Assembly (NCBI GenBank): GCA_004322365.1
Contig: SCTS01000005.1
Location: 3,697 to 67,696 of the forward strand
Direction of reading: 5' to 3'
Source: Patescibacteria group bacterium
Lineage (GTDB): Bacteria > Patescibacteriota > Minisyncoccia > Phycocordibacterales > Phycocordibacteraceae
Length of the DNA: 64,000 bases
The position numbers and the translations under genes were made by a program. The notes beneath the pieces were generated by a model that saw nothing but the letters and a program-made list of their open reading frames with translations, did no database searches and was not told where the DNA came from. Positions 8,392 through 17,640 of this stretch are shown here, piece after piece; position 1 is the first letter of the stretch, and every line of letters starts with the position of its first letter.

Positions 8392-8796
8392 CTAAAGTCC
8401 ATTACAACGGCCAGCGTGGTAGCCCGCACTCTCAGCGGAAGCCCTGCTGTTGAAATAAATTCTGTCTGTTGAGGGAATCTTTACTGCAAGCGGGCACCAT
8501 GGGAAAAAGTAGGTACTGCCTGTTTTTGACGCTACAAAATAGCCCGCAGCCTGAGGTGGTGGCGGTAAAACAATTTCTTCTCTTATGCCGCCAAGGCCTA
8601 AGAATCCGGCGAGAGTTGAAGTACTTTGACCATCTGGATAAAGAACCTTAAATTGACCCTTTTCTGAATAAAAAACAGAAAGCCTACCGAGTCCAAAGGC
8701 CAGAAAAGCAACCAATACAATTACAAGAACAATTAGGGCGTTTTCCCGTACCCTTCCCCACAGAGCCTTGATTTTATTAGTGAAATCACGAAACAT
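8392..8796 (-). CDS. Membrane protein with C-terminal Ada-like metal-binding domain
   Basis: TM helix AFGLGRLS; VASKTGSTY..PWC...I.F.S...AE.AGY....C. Confidence 0.8.
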   Translation of the reverse strand: MFRDFTNKIKALWGRVRENALIVLVIVLVAFLAFGLGRLSVFYSEKGQFKVLYPDGQSTSTLAGFLGLGGIREEIVLPPPPQAAGYFVASKTGSTYFFPWCPLAVKIPSTDRIYFNSRASAESAGYHAGRCNGL

Positions 8797-8813
8797 ATTG
8801 AGTGGATTTCAGT

Positions 8814-8948
8814 TATACCCTGTTAAATCTGGCTCAAAGCCAGCCAGCTTGAAATTTTCCCTGAAAACAGTTATATTCTATAGTATAGAGTACGCAATGA
8901 GCGGTTTTCTATACACCTAAGTCCAAGCTGGATTTAACAGGGTGTAAG
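8814..8948. repeat. MITE-like element with about 22-bp imperfect terminal inverted repeats
   Basis: TTATACCCTGTTAAATCTGGCT ... AGCTGGATTTAACAGGGTGTAA. Confidence 0.5.
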
Positions 8949-8984
8949 AATTTCTAAGCTCGATACTCGCTAAGAACTTCTAAC

Positions 8985-9257
8985 ATGGCAACAAAAAAAG
9001 CAGCCGGCTCAGCGAAAAATCTCACAGATTCCAATCCGCAATACTTGGGCGTTAAGCTCTATGAGGGTCAAAAGGCAAAGAAAGGCTCAATCATCATCCG
9101 TCAGCGCGGTACAAAATTCATGCCAGGAAAGAATGTTGATGTAGGTAAAGACCACACACTCTATGCAGTTGAGGAAGGTACTGTTTCTTTCCGCCTCGCT
9201 CGAAAAGTTCGTTTTGATGGCTCTACCATCAAACGCAATGTCGTCGATGTAAAGTAA
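8985..9257 (+). CDS. rpmA: 50S ribosomal protein L27
   Basis: [12 protein letters not shown]....[14 protein letters not shown] and DHTL motifs. Confidence 0.97.
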   Translation: MATKKAAGSAKNLTDSNPQYLGVKLYEGQKAKKGSIIIRQRGTKFMPGKNVDVGKDHTLYAVEEGTVSFRLARKVRFDGSTIKRNVVDVK

Positions 9258-9279
9258 ATACCTTTCGTACGCAATAAAC

Positions 9280-9308
9280 AAAAAACTCCACATATCTGTG
9301 GAGTTTTT
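9280..9308. terminator. Bidirectional terminator
   Basis: AAAAACTCCACA-TATC-TGTGGAGTTTTT between rpmA and rplI. Confidence 0.8.
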
Positions 9309-9757
9309 TAATTAACGCCCGTCAGAGAAACAGTAAGTTCTGCAAAAGCGCTTTGAATTTTTACTTCAACTCGGTGAGATCCGAGCTTTTTTATTGGGCC
9401 ATCAACAATCAAAATTGAATCCTCAGGCACTGACATTTTAAATTGCTTCAAAATAGCTTGGGCAACTTGTTTTGCATGAATAGACTCAAAGAGCGTCCCT
9501 TTTTCATTTGCTTTGGCCTGAATTTCAATGACCTTTCCATCAATCTCAGCAAGTGCTTTTTTAGCTAAGGTGGCATCCATAGCCACTTTATCTTTTGCGC
9601 TCTGATTTCGTTTTTCAAAACTACGAACATTCTCAGCTGTAGCAGGCAAAGCCAACTTCTTTGGAATCAAGACATTCTGAGCGTACCCATCAGCCACAGT
9701 AATCAGAGTTCCCCGTTGACCTACCTTCTTAACATCGGCGAGCATTATGACTTTCAT
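9308..9757 (-). CDS. rplI: 50S ribosomal protein L9
   Basis: MKVI.L.DV..VG..G....V.DGYA.N.LIP and PIKKLG motifs. Confidence 0.96.
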   Translation of the reverse strand: MKVIMLADVKKVGQRGTLITVADGYAQNVLIPKKLALPATAENVRSFEKRNQSAKDKVAMDATLAKKALAEIDGKVIEIQAKANEKGTLFESIHAKQVAQAILKQFKMSVPEDSILIVDGPIKKLGSHRVEVKIQSAFAELTVSLTGVN

Positions 9758-9769
9758 TCCTATCAGTTT

Positions 9770-9846
9770 ACAGGTTTCAGCTGTCAGGTGCCAGCTTTTT
9801 TTCTGAATTCAAAGCTGGAAGCTGAAAGCCGACAGCTGAAAGCTAA
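9770..9846. repeat. Heptamer array, inverted pair
   Basis: AGGTTTC AGCTGTC AGGTGCC AGCT ... AGCTGGA AGCTGAA AGCCGAC AGCTGAA AGCT. Confidence 0.85.
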
Positions 9847-9849
9847 CTC

Positions 9850-11064
9850 CTACTTTCCTGTAATCAAAAACTCCGCAGCCCTCTCTAGTTGAGGATCGCG
9901 CTTTGCGTCTATGTCTTCCTTAGTAACTGCCACTTCAATATCAGGAACTATGCCCTCATGAGAAATAGAGATTCCATTAGGAGTTAGCCAACGAGCAATA
10001 GTTATTTTTAATGAAGTATCTGCGGTTACATTAAAAAGTTGCTGTACCGATCCTTTACCGAATGATTTTCCGCCAATAAGAGTTGCCTTGCCATGATCAC
10101 GGAGTGCCCCCGCTAGAATCTCTGATGCGGAAGCAGAGCCTTCGTCAATTAAAATCGCAAATTTTACCTTGTCAGAAAAAACATCATACCCACGACTTCG
10201 ACTCACATCAGGAGCCTGCTTAGAACCAAAATCTTCAGTAACTATCACCTTCCCTACTGGCAAAAACCAACTAGCAATGTCAACGGCCACCTCCAAGTAG
10301 CCACCAGGGTTACCGCGAAGATCAATAATCATTTTATTGGAACCTGAATCAGCAAACTCACGAATAGCCTGACGGAACTTCTCGGGAGCATTTGCATTAA
10401 ATGTAAAGAGACGGATTACAAACACACCATCAGGGCGCGATGTTGTCTTAATGGTTGGGAGGTTAATAGTGGCTCGAACGAGCGTCACATCAAATGGAGC
10501 GTCTTTGCCACGAATCACTGTGATAGTGACTGGCGTACCAATTTCTCCTCGAATAACACTGACTGCATCATCAACAGATATGCCAACAGTATCTTTACCT
10601 TCAATTTTTAGAATGACATCCCCACTCCTCATTCCAGCCTTTGATGCAGGTGTACCTTCAAGTGGCGCTACTACGGTAAGTATTCCATCTTTAAGACCTA
10701 ACTCCATCCCAACACCGCCAAAATCACCTTGAACTTGACTATCAAAAAGTTTTTTCTCTTTTGGAGGGAAAAAGGTTGTATAAGGATCACCATAAGAAGC
10801 GGCGAGGCCTTCTATCATTCCCCACAACCTGTCTTCATCAGTGCTCGCTGCTGTAGTGGTGGATGGAGTAAAATTTTGATCAAGTAATTCCCACGCCTTA
10901 AATAACGGCTGCAAATCAGCTTTTGAATGATCGGTGGCACCACGCGCCTGAGTTGTCCAAGGAACCATTCCTCCAGCTTCTGTACCAACAAAGAAGGCAA
11001 CAATGGCAACAAGTACTACCGCTATCAGTGCAGTGCGAAGTCCAATCTTAGAATTCTCTTTCAT
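9850..11064 (-). CDS. S41 carboxyl-terminal processing protease (CtpA-like)
   Basis: DPYT, PDZ domain, IDLRGNPGG, SASASEI and FGKGSVQ motifs. Confidence 0.95.
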   Translation of the reverse strand: MKENSKIGLRTALIAVVLVAIVAFFVGTEAGGMVPWTTQARGATDHSKADLQPLFKAWELLDQNFTPSTTTAASTDEDRLWGMIEGLAASYGDPYTTFFPPKEKKLFDSQVQGDFGGVGMELGLKDGILTVVAPLEGTPASKAGMRSGDVILKIEGKDTVGISVDDAVSVIRGEIGTPVTITVIRGKDAPFDVTLVRATINLPTIKTTSRPDGVFVIRLFTFNANAPEKFRQAIREFADSGSNKMIIDLRGNPGGYLEVAVDIASWFLPVGKVIVTEDFGSKQAPDVSRSRGYDVFSDKVKFAILIDEGSASASEILAGALRDHGKATLIGGKSFGKGSVQQLFNVTADTSLKITIARWLTPNGISISHEGIVPDIEVAVTKEDIDAKRDPQLERAAEFLITGK

Positions 11065-11089
11065 TGTTTCCTATTATGCCACACTCGAG

Positions 11090-11189
11090 TAGGTGTCAGG
11101 TTTTAGGTTACAGGTTTCAGCGTGTGGATACTAAACCGAGAAGCTCAAACCCTCTCCCCTGAAAGCTGAAAGCTGGCACCTGAAAGCTC
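11090..11189. repeat. Heptamer array, inverted pair
   Basis: AGGTGTC AGGTTTT AGGTTAC AGGTTTC ... CCTGAA AGCTGAA AGCTGGC ACCTGAA AGCT. Confidence 0.8.
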
Positions 11190-11212
11190 ATCAAAACAGG
11201 TATACTGTTTTG

Positions 11213-12127
11213 ATGATAAACCGTTACGAATACGAGGGCATAACTTGGATAGACATAGAAAATCCAACCGCTGATGAAATTGCCGAGGTTGGGCAAGAAT
11301 TCAACCTTGGTCTATTGCTCCGACAAGAATTGTTAGCGCCAACAATAAAGCCCCGTGTAGATTTATATCCTGAGATTGTCTACACACTTCTTCATTTCCC
11401 AGCACGAAGACACACTCACAATGCACAAGAAAGTCAGGAGGTCGATTTCGTTATCGGCAAACACTTCATCATTACGGTGCATTATGACACCATTGATGCT
11501 CTTGTTGATTTTGCTCGATCATTTGAAGCAGCGATGCTTCTTAAGCGCACGACAGGAAAATTCCACAGTGGGCATGTACTTTTGGAACTTACGCAACGAC
11601 TCTACCAAGAAGTTGAATACGAATTAGATTCACTTGAAGATTCTGTAACTGCAATTGAAACAGCAATATTCTCAGGACACGAGAAAGATATGGTCTTAGC
11701 AATATCGCGCGTCACCCGTGAACTCATCGATCAAAAACGCACACTCTCTATGCATGCTGAGGTGCTTGCCTCCTTAGAACAAGCGACCACTACTTTATTC
11801 GGTGAACACTTCACCGAATATCTCCGTGGAGTATCTGCATTCCACTACCGTGCACATCAACGAGCACTTGCCATGATGGATATCGTCACCGAACTTCGAA
11901 AAACAAATGACTCCCTCTTGACCACACGCCAAAACGAAATCACAAAAAACCTTACTATCATGGCATTCATCACCTTTCCGCTTTCCGTGGTAGCGGCAGT
12001 GTTCGGGATGAATACTGAACACACACCGATCGTCGGATCCCAGAATGGTTTCTGGATTATCACGGGAGCCATGGTCGTCCTTACCGCAGTCTTTTTCATC
12101 TACTTTAAGATTAAGAAGTGGTTCTAG
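11213..12127 (+). CDS. corA: CorA family Mg2+/divalent cation transporter
   Basis: WIDI..P, two C-terminal TMs and the FGMN signature. Confidence 0.9.
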   Translation: MINRYEYEGITWIDIENPTADEIAEVGQEFNLGLLLRQELLAPTIKPRVDLYPEIVYTLLHFPARRHTHNAQESQEVDFVIGKHFIITVHYDTIDALVDFARSFEAAMLLKRTTGKFHSGHVLLELTQRLYQEVEYELDSLEDSVTAIETAIFSGHEKDMVLAISRVTRELIDQKRTLSMHAEVLASLEQATTTLFGEHFTEYLRGVSAFHYRAHQRALAMMDIVTELRKTNDSLLTTRQNEITKNLTIMAFITFPLSVVAAVFGMNTEHTPIVGSQNGFWIITGAMVVLTAVFFIYFKIKKWF

Positions 12128-12153
12128 ACCCGGAACGGGTCAGGTACTAGGTG

Positions 12154-12192
12154 CTAGGCGATGCTTCATCGGATCCGAAGGGATCATTTAGC
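12154..12192 (+). repeat. Double-hairpin element copy 2, inside a heptamer array (12140-12243)
   Basis: CTAGG-CGATG CTT CATCG-GATCC GAAG GGATC-ATTTAGC. Confidence 0.85.
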
Positions 12193-12339
12193 TTTTTGGA
12201 GCTGAGTTTTATGCTAGAACCTAGCCCCCAGCACCTAGTACCTATTCCTCCTTCTGTGTAAAACTCAGTGTACAAACCTCCGCATAACGGCTCTTTTTAT
12301 AGATTTCTTTAAAAACGACGAGTGCTACAATGCACTGCT

Positions 12340-13719
12340 ATGGCAAACCAAGGTGCACGAATCCCTCCACAATCCACTGAAGCAGAGCGAGCACTTTTAG
12401 GCTCAGTGATGATCAAGCCTGACTCAATTCATGAAGTCACCGACTTCGTTTCTTCTGATTCTTTTTACGTAGAAAAACATCGTCTTATTTACCGAGCGTT
12501 CACTGATCTTACGACCGGCGGTAATCCTATTGACCTATTGTCTACCGCCAATCGTCTTAAAGAAACAAATGACTTAGAGCGTGCCGGTGGTAACGCATAC
12601 TTGGCTGAACTCGTGAGCGCAGTACCAAGCTCAGCAAACCTCAAACACTATGCTGAAATTGTTCAGAAAAAATCAATGATGCGTTCTCTCATTTCTGCAT
12701 CGTCAGACATTGGCGAGATGGGCTATGACGAATCGCAAGATATTGATGAATTATTGAATAGTGCTGAAAAAAGAATTTACGAAGTAACAAGCTCTCCTTC
12801 TGTTAGAAAGTTCGTCGCCATTGGAGATGCACTTGGAGAAGCGTGGGAGCGTTTTGATAACCTCCACAAAGGCGAATACCAAATGCGTGGCATTCCCACC
12901 GGCTTTGATGCCCTCGACAACATGCTTGCTGGCTTTCAACGCTCTGACCTCATAATCCTTGCCGCTCGTCCTTCCGCAGGTAAAACAGCTTTTGCCTTGG
13001 ACATTGCACGACAAACCGCCATTAAGCACGGCACACCGGTGGGAATTTTTTCACTTGAAATGAGCGCCCAACAATTGGTTGACCGTATGCTCGCAGCTGA
13101 GGCTCGAGTAGATGCATGGAAACTCCGTACTGGAAAAATTTCTACTGATGAAGAGTTTGAAAGAATTCGTGATGCCATGGGTCGTCTGTCTAAAGCTCCT
13201 ATCCATATCGATGATCAACCTGCAACAAATGCACTCGGTATGCGTTCAGCCGCTCGTCGATTAAAACGAGAGCACGGTATTGGCCTCCTTGTGGTTGACT
13301 ACCTCCAGCTTATGAGCCCAACATCGTCTCGCTCATCAGACTCAATGGTTCAGCAAGTCACCGAAATCTCTCGTTCTCTAAAAACCCTCGCTCGTGAACT
13401 CGATGTTCCTGTACTTGCACTCTCCCAGCTTTCGCGTGCCATTGAACAAAGGCGAGGTCGTCCTCGCCTCTCAGACCTTCGTGACTCAGGCTCAATCGAG
13501 CAGGACGCAGACGTCGTTATGTTCATTCACAATGAAGATAGGTACAACGACAACAAAGAAGAGCGCAGTAATGTTACTGAAATCTTGATTGAAAAACACC
13601 GCAATGGTCGCACAGGGAAAATAGATCTCTTCTTCGATGTAGAACGAGCAACCTTCCTTCCTATTGAAAAATCAGGCTTCAGTGGAGGAGTGCCGGGAAA
13701 TGCTCAGGATGATTTTTGA
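12340..13719 (+). CDS. dnaB: Replicative DNA helicase
   Basis: PPQS.EAE, AARPSAGKT, FSLEMS, VDYLQL, LSQLSR and DLRDSGSIEQDAD motifs; no intein. Confidence 0.98.
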   Translation: MANQGARIPPQSTEAERALLGSVMIKPDSIHEVTDFVSSDSFYVEKHRLIYRAFTDLTTGGNPIDLLSTANRLKETNDLERAGGNAYLAELVSAVPSSANLKHYAEIVQKKSMMRSLISASSDIGEMGYDESQDIDELLNSAEKRIYEVTSSPSVRKFVAIGDALGEAWERFDNLHKGEYQMRGIPTGFDALDNMLAGFQRSDLIILAARPSAGKTAFALDIARQTAIKHGTPVGIFSLEMSAQQLVDRMLAAEARVDAWKLRTGKISTDEEFERIRDAMGRLSKAPIHIDDQPATNALGMRSAARRLKREHGIGLLVVDYLQLMSPTSSRSSDSMVQQVTEISRSLKTLARELDVPVLALSQLSRAIEQRRGRPRLSDLRDSGSIEQDADVVMFIHNEDRYNDNKEERSNVTEILIEKHRNGRTGKIDLFFDVERATFLPIEKSGFSGGVPGNAQDDF

Positions 13720-13732
13720 TTAAAAAGCTGTC

Positions 13733-13769
13733 AGGCGATTCTTAATCGGATCCGAAGGGATCACCTAGC
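13733..13769 (+). repeat. Double-hairpin element copy 3
   Basis: AGG-CGATT CTT AATCG-GATCC GAAG GGATC-ACCTAGC. Confidence 0.85.
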
Positions 13770-13833
13770 TGTTAGCTTTCAGTGTTCAGCGTTTTCACTT
13801 CTTAAATCAAATAAATACAGATATTAAAAATAT

Positions 13834-13875
13834 CTGTATAGTATAATTTAACGACCGTTAAATTATACTATACAG
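13834..13875. repeat. 42-bp palindrome, copy 2
   Basis: CTGTATAGTATAATTTAACGA|CCGTTAAATTATACTATACAG. Confidence 0.9.
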
Positions 13876-13929
13876 TTACAAACAAGAAAAAGCTGGCACC
13901 TGTAAGATGTAAGCTGTAAGCTAGTTGTT

Positions 13930-14529
13930 ATGTCTCGTCCTACACAAGACCTCATTGAACATATTGCTGAATTCCCTGGCATTGGCCCAAGGCAAGCTCG
14001 TCGTGTGGTGCAATTTCTTCTCTCTGCTGGGGCACCATTTCGTGAAAAGTTAGCACAGCTCATCATCGACTCAGGTACATCCACTTCACCTTGCACAATA
14101 TGTTTTCGTTTTGATGACGCTAAGGACTCAGGTGTATGCTCAATTTGTTCTGACGGCTCACGCGACCACACAACATTGATGGTGGTTGAAAAAGATATCG
14201 ACATAGAGGGCATAGAAGGCTCAGGGGCGTATAGAGGAATCTATTTCATTCTAGGAGGACTCAAAACTATGACTGAGAGAAAGAACTCTCGAATGGTACG
14301 AACAAAAGAACTACTAGAGCGTGTAGCAAAAAACGATACGAAAGAAATTATTTTTGCACTTTCAACCACACCTGAGGGTGACTACACTGCTCGCGAACTT
14401 TCAAAAGAAATACAAAAAGCACATCCAGGTAAAAAAGTAACCCTTCTTGGGCGAGGGCTTTCAGTAGGAGCAGAAATAGAATACGCGGACTCGGAAACAC
14501 TCCGAAGTGCTTTTAGAAATCGGTCTTAA
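13930..14529 (+). CDS. recR: Recombination mediator RecR
   Basis: PGIGPRQA HhH, CxxC..CxxC, Toprim VVE, and EIEYAD..TL motifs. Confidence 0.93.
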   Translation: MSRPTQDLIEHIAEFPGIGPRQARRVVQFLLSAGAPFREKLAQLIIDSGTSTSPCTICFRFDDAKDSGVCSICSDGSRDHTTLMVVEKDIDIEGIEGSGAYRGIYFILGGLKTMTERKNSRMVRTKELLERVAKNDTKEIIFALSTTPEGDYTARELSKEIQKAHPGKKVTLLGRGLSVGAEIEYADSETLRSAFRNRS

Positions 14530-14699
14530 ATACGGGTGCGATTTTGCTTTCGACGCGCATGACGTCCAACTAACTTGTCCGCTCGCTCTTCAGGCATACC
14601 GCCAGGCAAAAGACCATCAAATCCTGACAACCAAGCCTTCAAAAAAGAACCAAAAAGACTAGTGGCTGGAATACGACTTCGTTCAGGAAGTAATGGCAT
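14526..14699 (-). CDS. Small hypothetical protein
   Basis: 57-aa ORF in tandem downstream of rplU. Confidence 0.4.
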   Translation of the reverse strand: MPLLPERSRIPATSLFGSFLKAWLSGFDGLLPGGMPEERADKLVGRHARRKQNRTRI

Positions 14700-14706
14700 A
14701 AACAAA

Positions 14707-14865
14707 TTATTTTTTAAAAAGACCAGCAAAAAATCGTCTTACTTTTTCTCCATTAGAGGCTTTGTAGATATTTTCATATCTTTGGGCAGCACGTTCTGCT
14801 CTACCAGGAGGTAATCCACGCTGGAGATACTCGGACTCTATACCGTGTAAAAAGAAATTAGACAT
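14707..14865 (-). CDS. Small hypothetical protein
   Basis: 52-aa ORF just after the rplU stop; amphipathic C-terminus VRRFFAGLFKK. Confidence 0.45.
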   Translation of the reverse strand: MSNFFLHGIESEYLQRGLPPGRAERAAQRYENIYKASNGEKVRRFFAGLFKK

Positions 14866-14887
14866 AGCAAACGAACGAAAGGAAAAC

Positions 14888-15199
14888 TTAAACAGTCTCA
14901 ATCTTGACCTTCATGTTGGGCTGTTTGTGCCCTCGTTTCTTGTAGTATCGGCTTTTTGCTTTGTACTTTACGACGACAACTTTAGGAGCGCGCCCTACCA
15001 CGAGGACGGTACCAGTAACTTTTGCGCCTGAAACGGTTGGATCACCCACTGATGCTTTTGTTCCGTCGTCAGTAAAAAGGACAGCATCAAAGGTGATTTT
15101 GTCGTCCTTCTTGACATCGGCTATTTTTTCAATCGTAATCAAAGAACCCTCTTTTACAAGGTACTGCTTCCCTCCTGTCTTTATAACCGCAATATTCAT
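14888..15199 (-). CDS. rplU: 50S ribosomal protein L21
   Basis: AVIKTGGKQY.V and KYK.K.RY.KKRGHKQ motifs; start reassigned to MNIAV. Confidence 0.96.
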   Translation of the reverse strand: MNIAVIKTGGKQYLVKEGSLITIEKIADVKKDDKITFDAVLFTDDGTKASVGDPTVSGAKVTGTVLVVGRAPKVVVVKYKAKSRYYKKRGHKQPNMKVKIETV

Positions 15200-15242
15200 A
15201 TCAGAGCATCGTACCAAAAAAGCCTTAAAAAGCAACCCTCTA

Positions 15243-15494
15243 CTAGCCGGTAAAGCCCTCTCTACCAAGGGAACCCTCAATCAATTCAGGACGCAAGACT
15301 GTCTTTGTGGGATGGAATAGTCGTCGCACAAATCTCTCTGCAGTAGTAGATGCTAAACCTACTTTTCCTCTGCGAAATAGTGCCGCCCAAAAGACCGTCC
15401 TCTTAACGGCATGGCCATCCAGAATCGGTTTTAGAGAATCCTCATCAGTAAAAAATCTGTCGTGCTGGAGCCAAGAGTCTAGATTTTTTGACAT
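15243..15494 (-). CDS. Hypothetical protein
   Basis: 83-aa ATG ORF; no recognisable motif. Confidence 0.4.
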   Translation of the reverse strand: MSKNLDSWLQHDRFFTDEDSLKPILDGHAVKRTVFWAALFRRGKVGLASTTAERFVRRLFHPTKTVLRPELIEGSLGREGFTG

Positions 15495-15578
15495 AATTTA
15501 AAGACTACTCTACCGCAAGTGGGACTTCCTGTCATCATTCGCTCGGTAGTATCCAAGCCACGATCTTCATGTTCGTAC

Positions 15579-15620
15579 CTGTATAGTATAATCTAACGGT
15601 CGTTAGATTATACTATACAG
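15579..15620. repeat. 42-bp palindrome, copy 3
   Basis: CTGTATAGTATAATCTAACGG|TCGTTAGATTATACTATACAG. Confidence 0.9.
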
Positions 15621-15747
15621 GTCTTTTGACTCTTAATTCGGCCATTTGATTTAAGGGGTGGAACAGCTGACACCTATTCTACGCAAGCAAAGCTTCCTCT
15701 CATCGTTCGTTCGGGAATATTCAAACCTAGCACCTAACATCTCCTAT

Positions 15748-17568
15748 TTATTCTACGGTGACTGATTTCGCAAGATTGCGAGGACGGTCTACATTAAGGC
15801 CCTTGTCTGCCGCAAAGTGATACGCAAAGAGTTGAAGCGCAATGATAGAAAGCACTACTGAGAGTTCTTCCGATGCTTTTGGAATGTAGATAACATGATC
15901 AGAGACCTCTTTGATTTTCTCATCACCAGCAGTTGCAATAGCAATCACAGGCCCTTTACGTGTGCGTATCTCAATCATATTAGAAACAGTTTTCTCGTAC
16001 ACTGAATCTTGAGGAACCACAGCGACTGTTGGGAAATTTTCATCAATCATTGCCAAAGGGCCGTGTTTCATCTCCCCTGCCCCATAGCCTTCTGCATGAA
16101 CATATGAAACTTCTTTTAGCTTCAGCGCTCCTTCTAAGGCTGCTGGATAGCTAAACTTACGCCCAATAAACAGGAAGTCTCGTGAGTCTTTATATACACT
16201 GGCAACCTTACGAATTTCCTCAGATTGCTCTAATACTTTTTTTGCTAACTCTGGCAAACTCTTAAGTGCATTAGCTAGTGCAACACCATCATCTTTAGAA
16301 AGTGAGCGAGTACGGCCAAGGAAGAGTGCAACAAGTGAAAGAATAACCACTTGAGAAACAAGAGCCTTGGTGGAAGCAACACCAATTTCGGGACCTGCAT
16401 GGTTATACACTCCAGCGTCTGTCTCACGGGCAATAGTAGAGCCAACAGTATTCACAATGCCAAGAGTAAGTGCGCCATGTCGCTTCGCTTCACGAATAGC
16501 TTCAAGTGTATCGAGAGTCTCGCCTGACTGGGAGATTGCCAAGACTGCGGTGTTTGGTCTGATAACTGGCTTTCTATAACGAAATTCCGAAGCAAGTTCC
16601 ACTTCAACAGGAACACCAGCAAGGGATTCAATTAGATACTCACCAATGAGTCCTGCGTAGTATGCGGTTCCACAACCAACAATAATAAGTCTGTCGATAT
16701 TTTGAAGCTCCTTTTCAACTGCTTCTAGTCCGCCAAGTTTTGCCTTCCCTTCTTCCATAATAAGTCTGCCTCGAAGTGCATTCTCTATAACCTCAGGTGA
16801 TTCCATCATCTCTTTCAGCATGAAATGTGGGTATCCTCCGCGTGATGCCTCTCCAACATCCCAAGTAATGGTTTCAGACGGGCGATCAACCTCGGTTTCC
16901 AAAAGCGTACGCACACGGTGTATTGTAGGCGTGATAATCGCAACATCTCCATCGGAGAGAAACATCATTTGCTTCGTGTGTTTCAAAATTGGCGTTGCAT
17001 CAGAAGCAATAAAATTTTCTCCGTCTCCAAGACCTACAACAACAGGAGAACCCATTCGTGCAGTAATAATGGTGTCGGGATCTTTTGCATAGGAAATCAG
17101 AAGACCATAAGTACCTCGGAGTTTCTTCAAGGTATCAATAACTGCATCTTCAAAATTAAGTTTGTCTTTCAGAGCTCCTTCAATAAGGTGCGCAATGACT
17201 TCAGTGTCTGTTTCTGATTTGAACGTATGACCTCCAGCTACAAGCTCTTCTTTAAGTTCACGGAAGTTTTCAATAATGCCGTTATGTATAACAAACACAT
17301 CTCCATCACAGTCGCCATGCGGGTGTGCATTCACTTCATTTGGGGCTCCATGCGTTGCCCAGCGTAGATGCGCTATCCCGGAAGTTGCAGGATAGTCTTT
17401 TGTCATTCTTTTCGTAAGCTCTGCAACTGCGCCGGGGGTTTTCACCACATCAAAGCCGGGCATGTATATTCCTGCAGAATCGTACCCGCGGTACTCAAGC
17501 ATTGAAAGTCCTTCGAGAAGGATTGGAGACGCTTTTTTAGAGCCAGTGTAGGCAAAGATTCCGCACAT
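15748..17568 (-). CDS. glmS: Glutamine--fructose-6-phosphate aminotransferase
   Basis: MCGI, LEYRGYDSAG, SQSGET and PRNLAKSVTVE motifs. Confidence 0.98.
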   Translation of the reverse strand: MCGIFAYTGSKKASPILLEGLSMLEYRGYDSAGIYMPGFDVVKTPGAVAELTKRMTKDYPATSGIAHLRWATHGAPNEVNAHPHGDCDGDVFVIHNGIIENFRELKEELVAGGHTFKSETDTEVIAHLIEGALKDKLNFEDAVIDTLKKLRGTYGLLISYAKDPDTIITARMGSPVVVGLGDGENFIASDATPILKHTKQMMFLSDGDVAIITPTIHRVRTLLETEVDRPSETITWDVGEASRGGYPHFMLKEMMESPEVIENALRGRLIMEEGKAKLGGLEAVEKELQNIDRLIIVGCGTAYYAGLIGEYLIESLAGVPVEVELASEFRYRKPVIRPNTAVLAISQSGETLDTLEAIREAKRHGALTLGIVNTVGSTIARETDAGVYNHAGPEIGVASTKALVSQVVILSLVALFLGRTRSLSKDDGVALANALKSLPELAKKVLEQSEEIRKVASVYKDSRDFLFIGRKFSYPAALEGALKLKEVSYVHAEGYGAGEMKHGPLAMIDENFPTVAVVPQDSVYEKTVSNMIEIRTRKGPVIAIATAGDEKIKEVSDHVIYIPKASEELSVVLSIIALQLFAYHFAADKGLNVDRPRNLAKSVTVE

Positions 17569-17640
17569 TTGAGTAAAATTTATTGGTTAGTGAAAGGCTC
17601 AGCTAATACTACCTGAAAGATAGGCATTCGGTAACAGCAA

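Noticed and set aside
12340-13719. Intein in dnaB
   Set aside because: Length and motif spacing are those of an uninterrupted DnaB.
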